From contig CAYVOC010000003.1 in the NCBI GenBank assembly GCA_964453345.1, positions 4,997 through 68,996 of the forward strand: a DNA stretch of 64,000 bases, read 5' to 3'. Every line of letters starts with the position of its first letter. Position 1 is the stretch's first letter. The translations under genes and the position numbers were made by a program. A model generated the notes under the pieces. That model worked only from the letters and a program-made list of their open reading frames with translations, did not search any database and was not told the DNA's origin. Below, one piece after another: positions 10,660 to 19,549 of the stretch. The stretch comes from an uncultured Aquificales bacterium. GTDB taxonomy: Bacteria > Thermosulfidibacterota > Thermosulfidibacteria > Thermosulfidibacterales > Thermosulfidibacteraceae.

Positions 10660-11905
10660 AGAGTATGTTCTGGAGAGGGCCAAGGCTGCCAAAAAGGCTT
10701 CAAGGGTTCTTGCCACCCTTTCAACCGATGTTAAGAACAGGGCTCTTAATCTCATGGCGGATGCCATAGAGGAGAAGGCGGATCTCATAAAAGAGGAGAA
10801 CCGCAAAGACCTTGAGGCCGGGGAGGCCAAGGGGCTTTCAAAGGCCCTCCTCGACAGGCTTCTTCTGAACGATAAGCGCATAAAGGCCATGGCGGTTGGG
10901 CTTCGTGAGATAGCTGCTCTCCCCGATCCGGTGGGTGAGGTCGTGAGGATGTGGAAAAGGCCCAACGGGCTTATGATAGGGAAGATGAGGGTGCCCCTGG
11001 GGGTTGTGGGCATAATATACGAGTCGAGGCCCAACGTGACCGCCGATGCGGCGGGCTTGTGTGTGAAGTCTGGCAACGCCGTTCTTTTGAGGGGAGGGTC
11101 CGAGGCCATTAACTCCAACAGGGTCATAGTCCAGATCCTGAGGGAGGCCTGCGCCAAGGCCGGTGTTCCCGAGGATGCGGTGAGCTTTATCGATATAACC
11201 GACAGAAGCGCGGTTAACGAGATGCTGAAGCTGGAGGATTACATTGATCTTATAGTGCCCAGGGGCGGGGAGGGGCTTATAAGGTTTGTGGCGGAAAACT
11301 CGAGGATCCCTGTGGTTTACCACTACAAGGGCGTTTGCCACACCTACGTTGACAAGTATGCGGATCTGAAGATGGCGGAAGAGATCTGCTTCAACGCCAA
11401 GGTCCAGAGGCCCGGTGTGTGCAACGCCATGGAGACCATGCTGGTTCACAGGGATGTTGCGGAAAGCTTTCTGCCCTCCATGTGCGAAAGGTTCAGAGAG
11501 GCGGGCGTTGAGATAAGGGGATGCGAAAGGACAAAGAAGATCGTTCCCTGGGTTAAGGAGGCCACCGAGGAGGACTGGTATGCCGAATACCTTGATCTGA
11601 TACTTGCCGTGAAGGTGGTTGATAGCCTTGAGGAGGCTATAGATCACATAAACACCTACGGTTCTCATCATTCAGATGCCATTGTGACGGAGAACTACGA
11701 GAGGGGTATGAGGTTTTTGAGGGAGGTTGATTCGGCTGCGGTCTATATAAACGCTTCGACCAGGTTCACCGATGGGTTTGAATTCGGCCTTGGAGCGGAG
11801 ATGGGTATATCGACCCAGAAGCTGCACGTCAGGGGTCCCATGGGGCTTGAGGATCTGACGTGTCTTAAGTTTGTGATCCTGGGTTGTGGGCAGATAAGGG
11901 AGTGA
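10649..11905 (+). CDS. proA: Gamma-glutamyl phosphate reductase
   Basis: [23 protein letters not shown] and [33 protein letters not shown]. Confidence 0.97.
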   Translation: MDVREYVLERAKAAKKASRVLATLSTDVKNRALNLMADAIEEKADLIKEENRKDLEAGEAKGLSKALLDRLLLNDKRIKAMAVGLREIAALPDPVGEVVRMWKRPNGLMIGKMRVPLGVVGIIYESRPNVTADAAGLCVKSGNAVLLRGGSEAINSNRVIVQILREACAKAGVPEDAVSFIDITDRSAVNEMLKLEDYIDLIVPRGGEGLIRFVAENSRIPVVYHYKGVCHTYVDKYADLKMAEEICFNAKVQRPGVCNAMETMLVHRDVAESFLPSMCERFREAGVEIRGCERTKKIVPWVKEATEEDWYAEYLDLILAVKVVDSLEEAIDHINTYGSHHSDAIVTENYERGMRFLREVDSAAVYINASTRFTDGFEFGLGAEMGISTQKLHVRGPMGLEDLTCLKFVILGCGQIRE

Positions 11906-11909
11906 TGCT

Positions 11910-12596
11910 ATGGGCGAGTTGGAAAGGCTTGGAATATTTGGAGGAACCTTTAACCCCATACATGTGGGGCACCTCATCGTTGCGGAGAATGTCAGGGACA
12001 GGTTGTCTCTGGACATGGTGCTCTTTGTGCCCTCCTATATGCCTCCCCACAAAAGCGTCGATATAGCCCCCGCCAAGGACAGGCTTGAGATGGTGCGGCT
12101 GGCCGTCAGCGATAATCCCCTCTTTGGGGTTTCCGATGTGGAGGTGAAAAAGCCGGAGAAGTCCTACACGGTGAATACGCTGTGGGAGATAAAGGCCACA
12201 AGTGAGGCCGAGCTCTTCTTCCTCATAGGCTCTGAGGCCTTTTTGCAGATACACACCTGGATGGCTCCGGAGCAGCTCTTCACCATGACCAATTTCGTGG
12301 TCATGGAGAGGCCCGGTAAGGTGGTGGGTCCGGGGGACTTTGAGGAGTATCTGAAGGAGCTTGAGAGAAAACTACCCTATGTTTACTACAGGGGACACGA
12401 ACAGCTGGACGATATTCACATATACACCCTTGAGTCCGAGAAGATGGAGTCTAAGATTTATCTTATGCCGGTTATAAGCGTTGATATATCCTCCACCATG
12501 ATAAGGCGTTTCTTAAGGGAGGGGCGCAGCATCAAGTATCTGGTTCCCAAAAGCGTTGAGAACTACATAAAAGAGAAGGGGCTCTATAGGCCATGA
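11910..12596 (+). CDS. nadD: Nicotinate-nucleotide adenylyltransferase
   Basis: [25 protein letters not shown] and ISSTMIR. Confidence 0.95.
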   Translation: MGELERLGIFGGTFNPIHVGHLIVAENVRDRLSLDMVLFVPSYMPPHKSVDIAPAKDRLEMVRLAVSDNPLFGVSDVEVKKPEKSYTVNTLWEIKATSEAELFFLIGSEAFLQIHTWMAPEQLFTMTNFVVMERPGKVVGPGDFEEYLKELERKLPYVYYRGHEQLDDIHIYTLESEKMESKIYLMPVISVDISSTMIRRFLREGRSIKYLVPKSVENYIKEKGLYRP

Positions 12597-12934
12597 GGCT
12601 TGAGGAGAAGCTTCAGATTATCAAAAGGGCCATAGAGGATAAGAAGGGTAGAGACCTTAAGGTTCTTGACCTCAGGGATCTTACAACCGTGTGCGATGCC
12701 TTTGTTATATGCTCCGTGGATCTGCCCCTTCAGGCCAGGGCCATTGCCGACGAGATAGATTTCTTGCTTTCAAGGGAGGGGGAGTATCCCATTTCCGTTG
12801 AGGGCTATGAAAACTCTGAATGGCTTCTTATGGACTACGGGGATGTGGTGATCCACATATTTACCGAGTCTGCCAGGGTCTTTTACGATCTCGATAGATT
12901 GTGGGCCGATGCCCCTGAATTTTGCTTAGTCTAA
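12593..12934 (+). CDS. rsfS: Ribosome silencing factor
   Basis: DKKGRD..VLDL and [14 protein letters not shown]...FYDLDRLW. Confidence 0.94.
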   Translation: MRLEEKLQIIKRAIEDKKGRDLKVLDLRDLTTVCDAFVICSVDLPLQARAIADEIDFLLSREGEYPISVEGYENSEWLLMDYGDVVIHIFTESARVFYDLDRLWADAPEFCLV

Positions 12935-12953
12935 ATACTTGTTGGAGGAGCCT

Positions 12954-14162
12954 ATGCTGAGGGTTCTGCTGAGTGTGGGGCTGTTTGCCGTCCTTTTTAT
13001 CTACATAACCCTGCTTAATCCGCAGACTGTGCGGGTGGCCTTAACCACAAAATACGCCTTCACCCTTCCCCTTTCGGTGCTGATAGTGGTGACGGCGGCT
13101 GTGGGGTTTGTTGTGGCTTACATCATGGGGCTGCTCAGGGATGTTCGCCTCGTCATGCTCAAATCGGAGTTGAAGAAGCAGGGCAAAAACAAGTCCAAGA
13201 TAGTTGAGTCCCTTAAGGTTGGGAGAAGGTTCGGGGATGAGGCTTCTGTAAAGTATCTTGAGAATGTGAGGGTGGGGAAGGATCCCTATCTGCTTGGTCT
13301 TTACGGGGCCCTTTTGAGGGAGACTGGAGATGTGGAGCAGGCCAAGGAGATACATGCCGATTTGAGGATAAAGGAAGAGGACAGGATATTCCTCGCGGAG
13401 TTTCTCTGGGATCTGCACGCGGAGGGCAGGGATTCGGAGGTTCTGGCCATAGTGAAGGACCTTTCGCCGTCGGATATAACCCCTTCTGTGGCCATGGTGG
13501 CGGCTGAAGCTGCCCTCGCCCTTGGCGAGTATAAGCTGGCGGAGTTTGCGGCGGAGAGATTGTTCAGGATGGTTCCCGTTGCATCCACGGAGTCCTTCCT
13601 GCTGGGGGTGAAAACAGAAAGGCTTAAGGCTTCGGAGGACACGAAGGGCCTTAAGAAGCTTTTGAAGAAGAAGCCCGGGTTCATTCCAGCCATAGAGGCG
13701 CTCATTGAGCTGGAGGATGTGGCTTCCGCCCTTGGTGCCTTGAGGGAGGCTTACAGGGAGACCAAGGACCCCACCTATGTTTTCTGGTTGATAGATGTTG
13801 TCGTCAAGAGGGAGGGGGCTGATCCTGGAAAGACCATGGAGTTTATAAGGAAGGCCATCCCGGAAAAGGACGAGACAGCCTCTTTGATAGTGGCCTATCT
13901 CTACGCCAAGCTTGGCATGTATGAGGAGGCCCTCAAGATGCTTGGAGAGTCCGAGACCTCCGATACCGGACTGGCCCGATATGTGCGCTTCCTTGCCCTT
14001 AGAGGGCTTGGCCGCTATGAGGAGGCGAGCAGGGTGTGTGAGGAGCTGGCCGAAAGGGGGGCATACTCCTACGTGTGCGGTGTGTGCGGGAGCAGATGGC
14101 CGGTGCTTTACGGTCGCTGTAGGAATTGCAATTCCTACGACAGCATCAGACTGGAGGTATGA
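12954..14162 (+). CDS. LapA/LapB-like fusion: two N-terminal TM helices, TPR-like repeats and a C-terminal rubredoxin-type CxxC...CxxC
   Basis: LLNPQTV between two hydrophobic helices (LapA-like); ends YVCGVCG...YGRCRNCNSYDSI. Confidence 0.7.
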   Translation: MLRVLLSVGLFAVLFIYITLLNPQTVRVALTTKYAFTLPLSVLIVVTAAVGFVVAYIMGLLRDVRLVMLKSELKKQGKNKSKIVESLKVGRRFGDEASVKYLENVRVGKDPYLLGLYGALLRETGDVEQAKEIHADLRIKEEDRIFLAEFLWDLHAEGRDSEVLAIVKDLSPSDITPSVAMVAAEAALALGEYKLAEFAAERLFRMVPVASTESFLLGVKTERLKASEDTKGLKKLLKKKPGFIPAIEALIELEDVASALGALREAYRETKDPTYVFWLIDVVVKREGADPGKTMEFIRKAIPEKDETASLIVAYLYAKLGMYEEALKMLGESETSDTGLARYVRFLALRGLGRYEEASRVCEELAERGAYSYVCGVCGSRWPVLYGRCRNCNSYDSIRLEV

Positions 14163-15373
14163 ATGTGAAATTCAGGTATGTGGCCAAGACCCTTTCAGGT
14201 GAGAATGTGGAGGGGACCTTAGAGGCTGCAACCCCCAAAGAGGCTTCGATGCTTTTGAGGGACGAGGGGCTTATTCCCATAACCATAGAGCCTGTTAAGA
14301 GCATATTTGACATAGAGATCAGCCTGCCTTTCTTAAACAGGGTTTCTCTGAAGGAGCTCACCATCGCCACAAGACAGCTTGCCGCCATGGTTGGGGCCGG
14401 AATACCTCTTCCAGCTGCGCTCAAGGCCATAGCGACCCAGTCCAGAAACAAATATTTCAGGCAGGTGCTTGAGGAGATAGTTGACAGCGTGGAAGCGGGA
14501 ATGAAGTTTTCCGATGCCCTTAAGAATTACCCTTCGGTCTTTCCCCCTCTCTATGTGAGCATGGTTGAGGCGGGGGAGACCACAGGAGAACTCGATGTGA
14601 TGCTCAGAAGGTGGGCCTTCTCCGCCGAAAAGGTCCTCGCTTTGAGAAGGAAGGTCCGCAATGCCATGATATACCCTGTGGCCGTTCTAATTATTGCCAT
14701 TCTGATATTCATATTTCTGCTCGTGAAGGTGGTCCCAACCTTTGCTAAAATATTCAGGGAGTCAGGAGTTGAGCTGCCGGCTTTGACCCAGTTTGTTTTG
14801 GCGCTCAGCGATGTGGTTAAGCACAGAATAGGGGTTGTGCTTCTCTCTGTGGTGATCTTCTTTGTGGCCTTTAGATTCGCCCTGCGCTTTGAGGGCTTCA
14901 GATATGCCTGGGATAAGGTTAAGCTGAATCTGCCCATCTTTGGAACTCTGATAAAAAAGAGCGTTGTCGCTAGATTCTCACGGACCCTTTCGGCCATGTT
15001 GAGAAGCGGAATAAACATAATAGATGGCCTCGATGCCGTGGCTCGAACTGCGGGCAACAAGGTCGTTGAGAGGAGCCTCCTTGAGGCGAGGGACGCCATA
15101 GCAAGGGGAGAGATGCTGTCGGAGGCTCTTAAGGATAATCCTGCCTTTCCTCCCATGGTGATAGAGATGATATCTGCAGGTGAAAAGACAGGTGGGCTGG
15201 ATGAGATGCTGGAGAAGGTGGCGGAGTTCTACGAGGAAGAGGTTGATGCCGCCGTTGAAGCCATGACCACCATGATTGAGCCGATAATGCTCATCATTAT
15301 CGGCGGGATGATAGGAACCATCGTGATCGCCCTTTATCTTCCCATATTCAAGCTCGGGTCAACCATTCGCTGA
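14159..15373 (+). CDS. pilC: Type IV pilus/T2SS inner-membrane platform protein (GspF/PilC family)
   Basis: TRQLAAMVGAGIPL, AGETTGELD, AMIYP, AGEKTGGLDEML and EP..I...G..IG.IVIALYLPIF. Confidence 0.92.
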   Translation: MNVKFRYVAKTLSGENVEGTLEAATPKEASMLLRDEGLIPITIEPVKSIFDIEISLPFLNRVSLKELTIATRQLAAMVGAGIPLPAALKAIATQSRNKYFRQVLEEIVDSVEAGMKFSDALKNYPSVFPPLYVSMVEAGETTGELDVMLRRWAFSAEKVLALRRKVRNAMIYPVAVLIIAILIFIFLLVKVVPTFAKIFRESGVELPALTQFVLALSDVVKHRIGVVLLSVVIFFVAFRFALRFEGFRYAWDKVKLNLPIFGTLIKKSVVARFSRTLSAMLRSGINIIDGLDAVARTAGNKVVERSLLEARDAIARGEMLSEALKDNPAFPPMVIEMISAGEKTGGLDEMLEKVAEFYEEEVDAAVEAMTTMIEPIMLIIIGGMIGTIVIALYLPIFKLGSTIR

Positions 15374-16107
15374 TGCAGTATTTTCTTGCGGTGGGTCTTT
15401 TCGCGGGTTTCCTTTCGGGTTTTCTTGGTATAGGCGGCGGGGTTGTGATGGTCCCCTCTCTGCTTTTTTTGTTCCCCTATCTGGGCATAGGCGGCGAACA
15501 TTACGTCCACATGGCCCTTGCAACAAGCGTGACCACTGCCTTCTTCCTCACCCTTTCAAGCGCCGTCGCCCATATAAGAATGGGCAATGCAAGCCGATCC
15601 ACCGTTCCGCTTCTTGCCCTTGGCGGTGTGTCTGGGGCGGTTTTCGGCACCCTTCTGGCCTCCTTCATATCGGGGGTTGTTTTGAAGAAACTTTTTGCCC
15701 TCTTTTTGATCTTTTCCGCCTTCAGGATGCTTGGAAGGGGCCCGGGAAGCGGCGTTAGTCTCCGCATGCCCGTGTGGCTCATAGGCTTTACCGCAGGATT
15801 TGTGGCTGCCTTCTTCGGGGTGGGTGGAGGGATAGTTGCCGTTCCCGCCCTCGTTGTTTCCGGCTTCTCTCCCTTGGAGGCGGTGGGGACCTCTGCTACG
15901 CTGTTGCCCTTTTTAACCGCCTCTGCCGCTGTGGGATACGGGATAAGGGGGTACATATACTTTCCGGCGGTTGTGGCCATGGCCGCCTCTGGCGTCGTAG
16001 CCGCCCAGGTGGGGGCGCGCCTTTCAAGTAAAGCTCCTAAGGATCTTTTAAGGAAGCTTTTTGCTTGCCTGTTGTTCTTGGTTGCTATAAGAATTTTACT
16101 TGACTAA
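15373..16107 (+). CDS. Sulfite exporter TauE/SafE family membrane protein
   Basis: Duplicated GFLSGFLGIGGG..MVP / GFVAAFFGVGGG..AVP motifs. Confidence 0.88.
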   Translation: MQYFLAVGLFAGFLSGFLGIGGGVVMVPSLLFLFPYLGIGGEHYVHMALATSVTTAFFLTLSSAVAHIRMGNASRSTVPLLALGGVSGAVFGTLLASFISGVVLKKLFALFLIFSAFRMLGRGPGSGVSLRMPVWLIGFTAGFVAAFFGVGGGIVAVPALVVSGFSPLEAVGTSATLLPFLTASAAVGYGIRGYIYFPAVVAMAASGVVAAQVGARLSSKAPKDLLRKLFACLLFLVAIRILLD

Positions 16108-16119
16108 ATACCTGGAGGT

Positions 16120-16347
16120 GTGGTTGTGCGGGATAAGGTGAAGGAGGCCATCGATAAGATAAGGCCCTATCTGCAGGCGGATGGGGGTGATATTGAGCTG
16201 GTTGAGGTTGGGGAGGACGGGGTTGTCAAGGTGAGGCTGACGGGTGCCTGTAGTGGGTGTCCCTTCGCCCAGATAACCCTCAAGCAGGGCGTGGAGGCGG
16301 CTCTTAAAAAGATGGTTCCGGAAGTTAAGGAGGTGGTGGCGATTTAG
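16120..16347 (+). CDS. NifU/NfuA C-terminal-type Fe-S carrier
   Basis: IRPYLQADGGDIELV...GACSGCP. Confidence 0.92.
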   Translation: MVVRDKVKEAIDKIRPYLQADGGDIELVEVGEDGVVKVRLTGACSGCPFAQITLKQGVEAALKKMVPEVKEVVAI

Positions 16348-16349
16348 AG

Positions 16350-17177
16350 GTGCTCAGGGAGCTTGTTAGAAACAGGCTTGCCCTTTTGGGACTTGTTATA
16401 GTTGTGACGGTTGTTCTTGTGGCCGTGTTTGCTCCGTGGATAGCACCCTACGATTACGCCAAAATAGATCCCAAGGCGGTTCTTATGCCTCCCTCTTTTA
16501 AGCATCCCTTCGGAACCGATCAGCTGGGCAGGGATGTCCTGAGCAGGATCATATGGGGGGCGAGGGTTTCCGTTGAGGTTGGAGTGGTTTCTGTGGGCAT
16601 AGCGTGTCTTGTGGGAACGGTTGTGGGGGCCGTTGCGGGTTATTTTGGCGGATGGGTTGACGAATTGATTATGAGGTTTGTGGATATAATGCTCTGCTTT
16701 CCAACCTTCTTTCTGATACTTGCGGTTATATCCGTTCTTGAGCCGAGCATCATAAATATAATGGTTGTCATTGGACTTACGTCCTGGATGGGGGTTGCGA
16801 GGCTCGTCAGGGCCGAGGTGCTCTCCTTGAGAGAGAGGGAGTTTGTGCTGTCGGCCAAGATCTCCGGGGTTCCTCACTGGAGGATAATTGTCAGGCATAT
16901 AATCCCTAATTCAATGGGTCCTGTGCTTGTTGCCGCCACCTTGGGAGTTGGATCGGCCATTCTTACGGAGAGCGCACTCAGTTTTTTGGGGATAGGGGTT
17001 CAGCCTCCCACCCCCAGCTGGGGAAGTATCCTCGCCCTCGGTAAGGATACCATACAGGTCGCCTGGTGGTTGTCCTTCTTCCCCGGCTGTGCGATTCTCA
17101 TAACCGTTTTAGGATACAACCTTCTTGGGGAGGGATTGAGGGATCTTCTCGATCCGAGACTCAGGGGAGTGGAGTAG
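16350..17177 (+). CDS. Peptide/nickel ABC transporter permease, OppC/DppC type
   Basis: HPFGTDQLGRDVLSR, REFVLSAK..G..H.IPN and PPTPSWG. Confidence 0.92.
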   Translation: MLRELVRNRLALLGLVIVVTVVLVAVFAPWIAPYDYAKIDPKAVLMPPSFKHPFGTDQLGRDVLSRIIWGARVSVEVGVVSVGIACLVGTVVGAVAGYFGGWVDELIMRFVDIMLCFPTFFLILAVISVLEPSIINIMVVIGLTSWMGVARLVRAEVLSLREREFVLSAKISGVPHWRIIVRHIIPNSMGPVLVAATLGVGSAILTESALSFLGIGVQPPTPSWGSILALGKDTIQVAWWLSFFPGCAILITVLGYNLLGEGLRDLLDPRLRGVE

Positions 17178-17926
17178 TGGTTTGGGTTCTGTTTCTGGTT
17201 GTGCTTCTCTCTTCCTGTGCTCAGCCTGAGCCGCAAATCTCTGTCAAATCCCCCCTTGAGGAGAGATACGGCTATCAGCTTAACGTGGTGAAGGGCTATA
17301 TAGTGGCGGGTGACTTCAACAGGGCGAGGATAGAGGCGGTGAAGCTCCTCAAAATCAAAAGGACCCCTGAAGCCTACAACCTCCTTGGGCTTGCCTACAT
17401 GGGTCTGGGGGAGATGGAGGAAGCTGAAAGGGCCTTCAGGATGGCGGTAAAGCTCGACGACGGCTACTCAACTGCCTGGACGAATCTGTCCGCCTGCTAC
17501 CTGAAAAAGGGGCGTTATGAGGAGGCCCTCAGGGCGGCCTCTATGGCCCTTGCCAATCCCATGTATATGAACCCGGAGAAGGCCTATCTGAACATGGCCG
17601 AGGCCTATTTCGGGATGGGTAAGGACGAGGAGGCCCTGCGCGCTCTGGAGAAGGCCATAAGGTATAATGTTGGCTTCGCTCCGGCGTATGAGAGGTTGCT
17701 GAAGTATTACGTTGAGAGGGGAGAGATCGGTGAGGCGAAAAACGTTCTTTATGATGCCGAGGCTGCGGGGGTGGATAGTCCCGGTGTCAATTTTTATAAG
17801 GCGCTTATACTTATTAGAGAGGGGAAGGTGCTTGAGGCTAAGGCCATACTCAAGGGCATTTTGAGGGATTACCCCTTAACCACCTGGGCGAAGAGGGCTC
17901 TTGAGTATCTGGAGAGCATAGAATGA
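17177..17926 (+). CDS. TPR lipoprotein, PilW/PilF-like
   Basis: Lipobox LSSC after GTG 17177; TPRs AYNLLGLAY, AWTNLSACY and ALANPMYMNPEKAYLN. Confidence 0.7.
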   Translation: MVWVLFLVVLLSSCAQPEPQISVKSPLEERYGYQLNVVKGYIVAGDFNRARIEAVKLLKIKRTPEAYNLLGLAYMGLGEMEEAERAFRMAVKLDDGYSTAWTNLSACYLKKGRYEEALRAASMALANPMYMNPEKAYLNMAEAYFGMGKDEEALRALEKAIRYNVGFAPAYERLLKYYVERGEIGEAKNVLYDAEAAGVDSPGVNFYKALILIREGKVLEAKAILKGILRDYPLTTWAKRALEYLESIE

Positions 17927-18822
17927 GTCTGTATTTGGAGAATCTCAATCGCCTGAAGGAGAGGGCCGAGGAGCTGGAGGCCATATATGAGTCCTGCGAG
18001 CTCTGCCCGAGAAGATGCGGGGTGAACAGGCACAGGGAGCTCGGCTACTGTAAAGCCCCGTCTCAGCTCGTTATCTCCTCGTGGGGTCCCCACTTCGGCG
18101 AGGAGCCTCCCCTTGTGGGACTGGGTGGATCGGGCACCATATTCTTCACCTACTGCAACCTTCTATGTGTTTTCTGTCAGAACTACGAAATATCCCATTT
18201 GGGCTATGGGGAGGTGTGCACGGAGGCGGAGCTTGCCGATATCATGCTTGCGCTGCAGAGAAGGGGATGTCACAATATAAACTTGGTGACCCCGACCCAT
18301 TACCTTCCCGGAATACTTAAGGCCCTCTATATCGCTGCAGGCAAGGGTCTGTCCCTGCCGGTTGTGTATAACTGCGGCGGTTACGAGAATCCGGAGATTA
18401 TAGAAAGGCTGGAGGGCATCATAGACATCTACATGCCGGATGTGAAGTTCCTTTCTACAGAGTCATCCAGAAGGTATATGAATGCTCCGGATTACCCCGA
18501 GGTTGTAACCCGGGCTGTCAGGATCATGCACTCTCAGGTAGGGGATCTTGTGGGTGAAGGGGGGATAGCCAAAAGGGGCCTTATAATAAGACACCTTGTT
18601 ATGCCCAATCACCTTGAGGATTCAAAAAAGGTGGTGGATTTCGTGGCCTCCCTTTCACCTAACACTTACTTCAACATAATGTTTCAGTATCGACCCCTTT
18701 ATAGGGCGGGGGAGTATCCGGAAATTGCCAGAAGGCCCTATCTTTGGGAATATGAAGAGGTGGTGAAGTATGCATTGAGCCGGGGACTCAGGAGGGGATT
18801 CGGTGGAAGAGAGACCCTGTGA
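17923..18822 (+). CDS. Radical SAM protein, PflX-like
   Basis: CELCPRRCGVNR, HFGEEPPL, CNLLCVFCQNYEIS and NINLVTPTH. Confidence 0.88.
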   Translation: MSLYLENLNRLKERAEELEAIYESCELCPRRCGVNRHRELGYCKAPSQLVISSWGPHFGEEPPLVGLGGSGTIFFTYCNLLCVFCQNYEISHLGYGEVCTEAELADIMLALQRRGCHNINLVTPTHYLPGILKALYIAAGKGLSLPVVYNCGGYENPEIIERLEGIIDIYMPDVKFLSTESSRRYMNAPDYPEVVTRAVRIMHSQVGDLVGEGGIAKRGLIIRHLVMPNHLEDSKKVVDFVASLSPNTYFNIMFQYRPLYRAGEYPEIARRPYLWEYEEVVKYALSRGLRRGFGGRETL

Positions 18823-19549
18823 GGAAAGGATAGAGCAGCTTTTCCGCGAGATAGAGAACAGGTTTGGAAGCCTTGAGGCCTTCGCTGATTCTGCCAATGT
18901 TCCGGTTTCGTTCCTTGAGGCCCTGAGGGATGGAAGGTGGGATGAACTTCCCGAGGCGGTGTATGTGAGGGCCTTCCTGAAAAAGGTGGCAAAGGTATTG
19001 GGGTGGGATGAAGAGGAGCTGGTTTCCATATTTTCGGATTGCGTTTGCAAGAGGCAGGTCTCCACGGAGATAGAGGAGGTTCCGGTTAAGAGATCCGGTG
19101 GTCTGGGGTTGTTCGGAAGAGGCGGGTGGATTTTTTTGATTGCTGTGCTTTTCTTTCTGGTTGGCGGCCTGGTTTACACTTACGTTTCCAGTTTGCCTAA
19201 GGAACCCGTTCTGGAGAGGGTAGAGAGGCCCAAAACGGAGCCCGTTCCCCCTTCTGGCAACCTGTCGGAGCCGAGTCTGGACTACAAATACGAGGTGAAG
19301 CTGTTTTCCGCTAAGGGCAAAAGCTGGTATAGATGGGTCTCTCCAGGCTTCAGGGAGCAGGGGTTTATTCTGCCCGAAGGTAATAAGACCTTTGAGTGCT
19401 CCGCCAATAGCACCTGCTATCTAAAACTTGGGAAGCCTGAAGTCGTTGAAATAAAGTTTAATGATAAGTTGTGGCATTTTAAGGGCACCAAGCCCATTCT
19501 CTTGAGATTCGCCAATGGAACCATTGAGATTGTGAGAGGTGGATTGTGA
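18803..19549 (+). CDS. rodZ: RodZ-like protein (HTH, TM, periplasmic C-terminus)
   Basis: LEALRDG..DELPEAVYVRAFLKKVAKVLG, a single TM and a C-terminal LKLGKPEVVEIKFN. Confidence 0.75.
   Translation: MEERPCEERIEQLFREIENRFGSLEAFADSANVPVSFLEALRDGRWDELPEAVYVRAFLKKVAKVLGWDEEELVSIFSDCVCKRQVSTEIEEVPVKRSGGLGLFGRGGWIFLIAVLFFLVGGLVYTYVSSLPKEPVLERVERPKTEPVPPSGNLSEPSLDYKYEVKLFSAKGKSWYRWVSPGFREQGFILPEGNKTFECSANSTCYLKLGKPEVVEIKFNDKLWHFKGTKPILLRFANGTIEIVRGGL

Noticed and set aside
10495-11671. Long minus-strand ORFs over proA, and similar ones over selA, rlmI, era and mlaF
   Set aside because: These are antisense shadows of well-supported genes, with no recognisable motifs or start signals.
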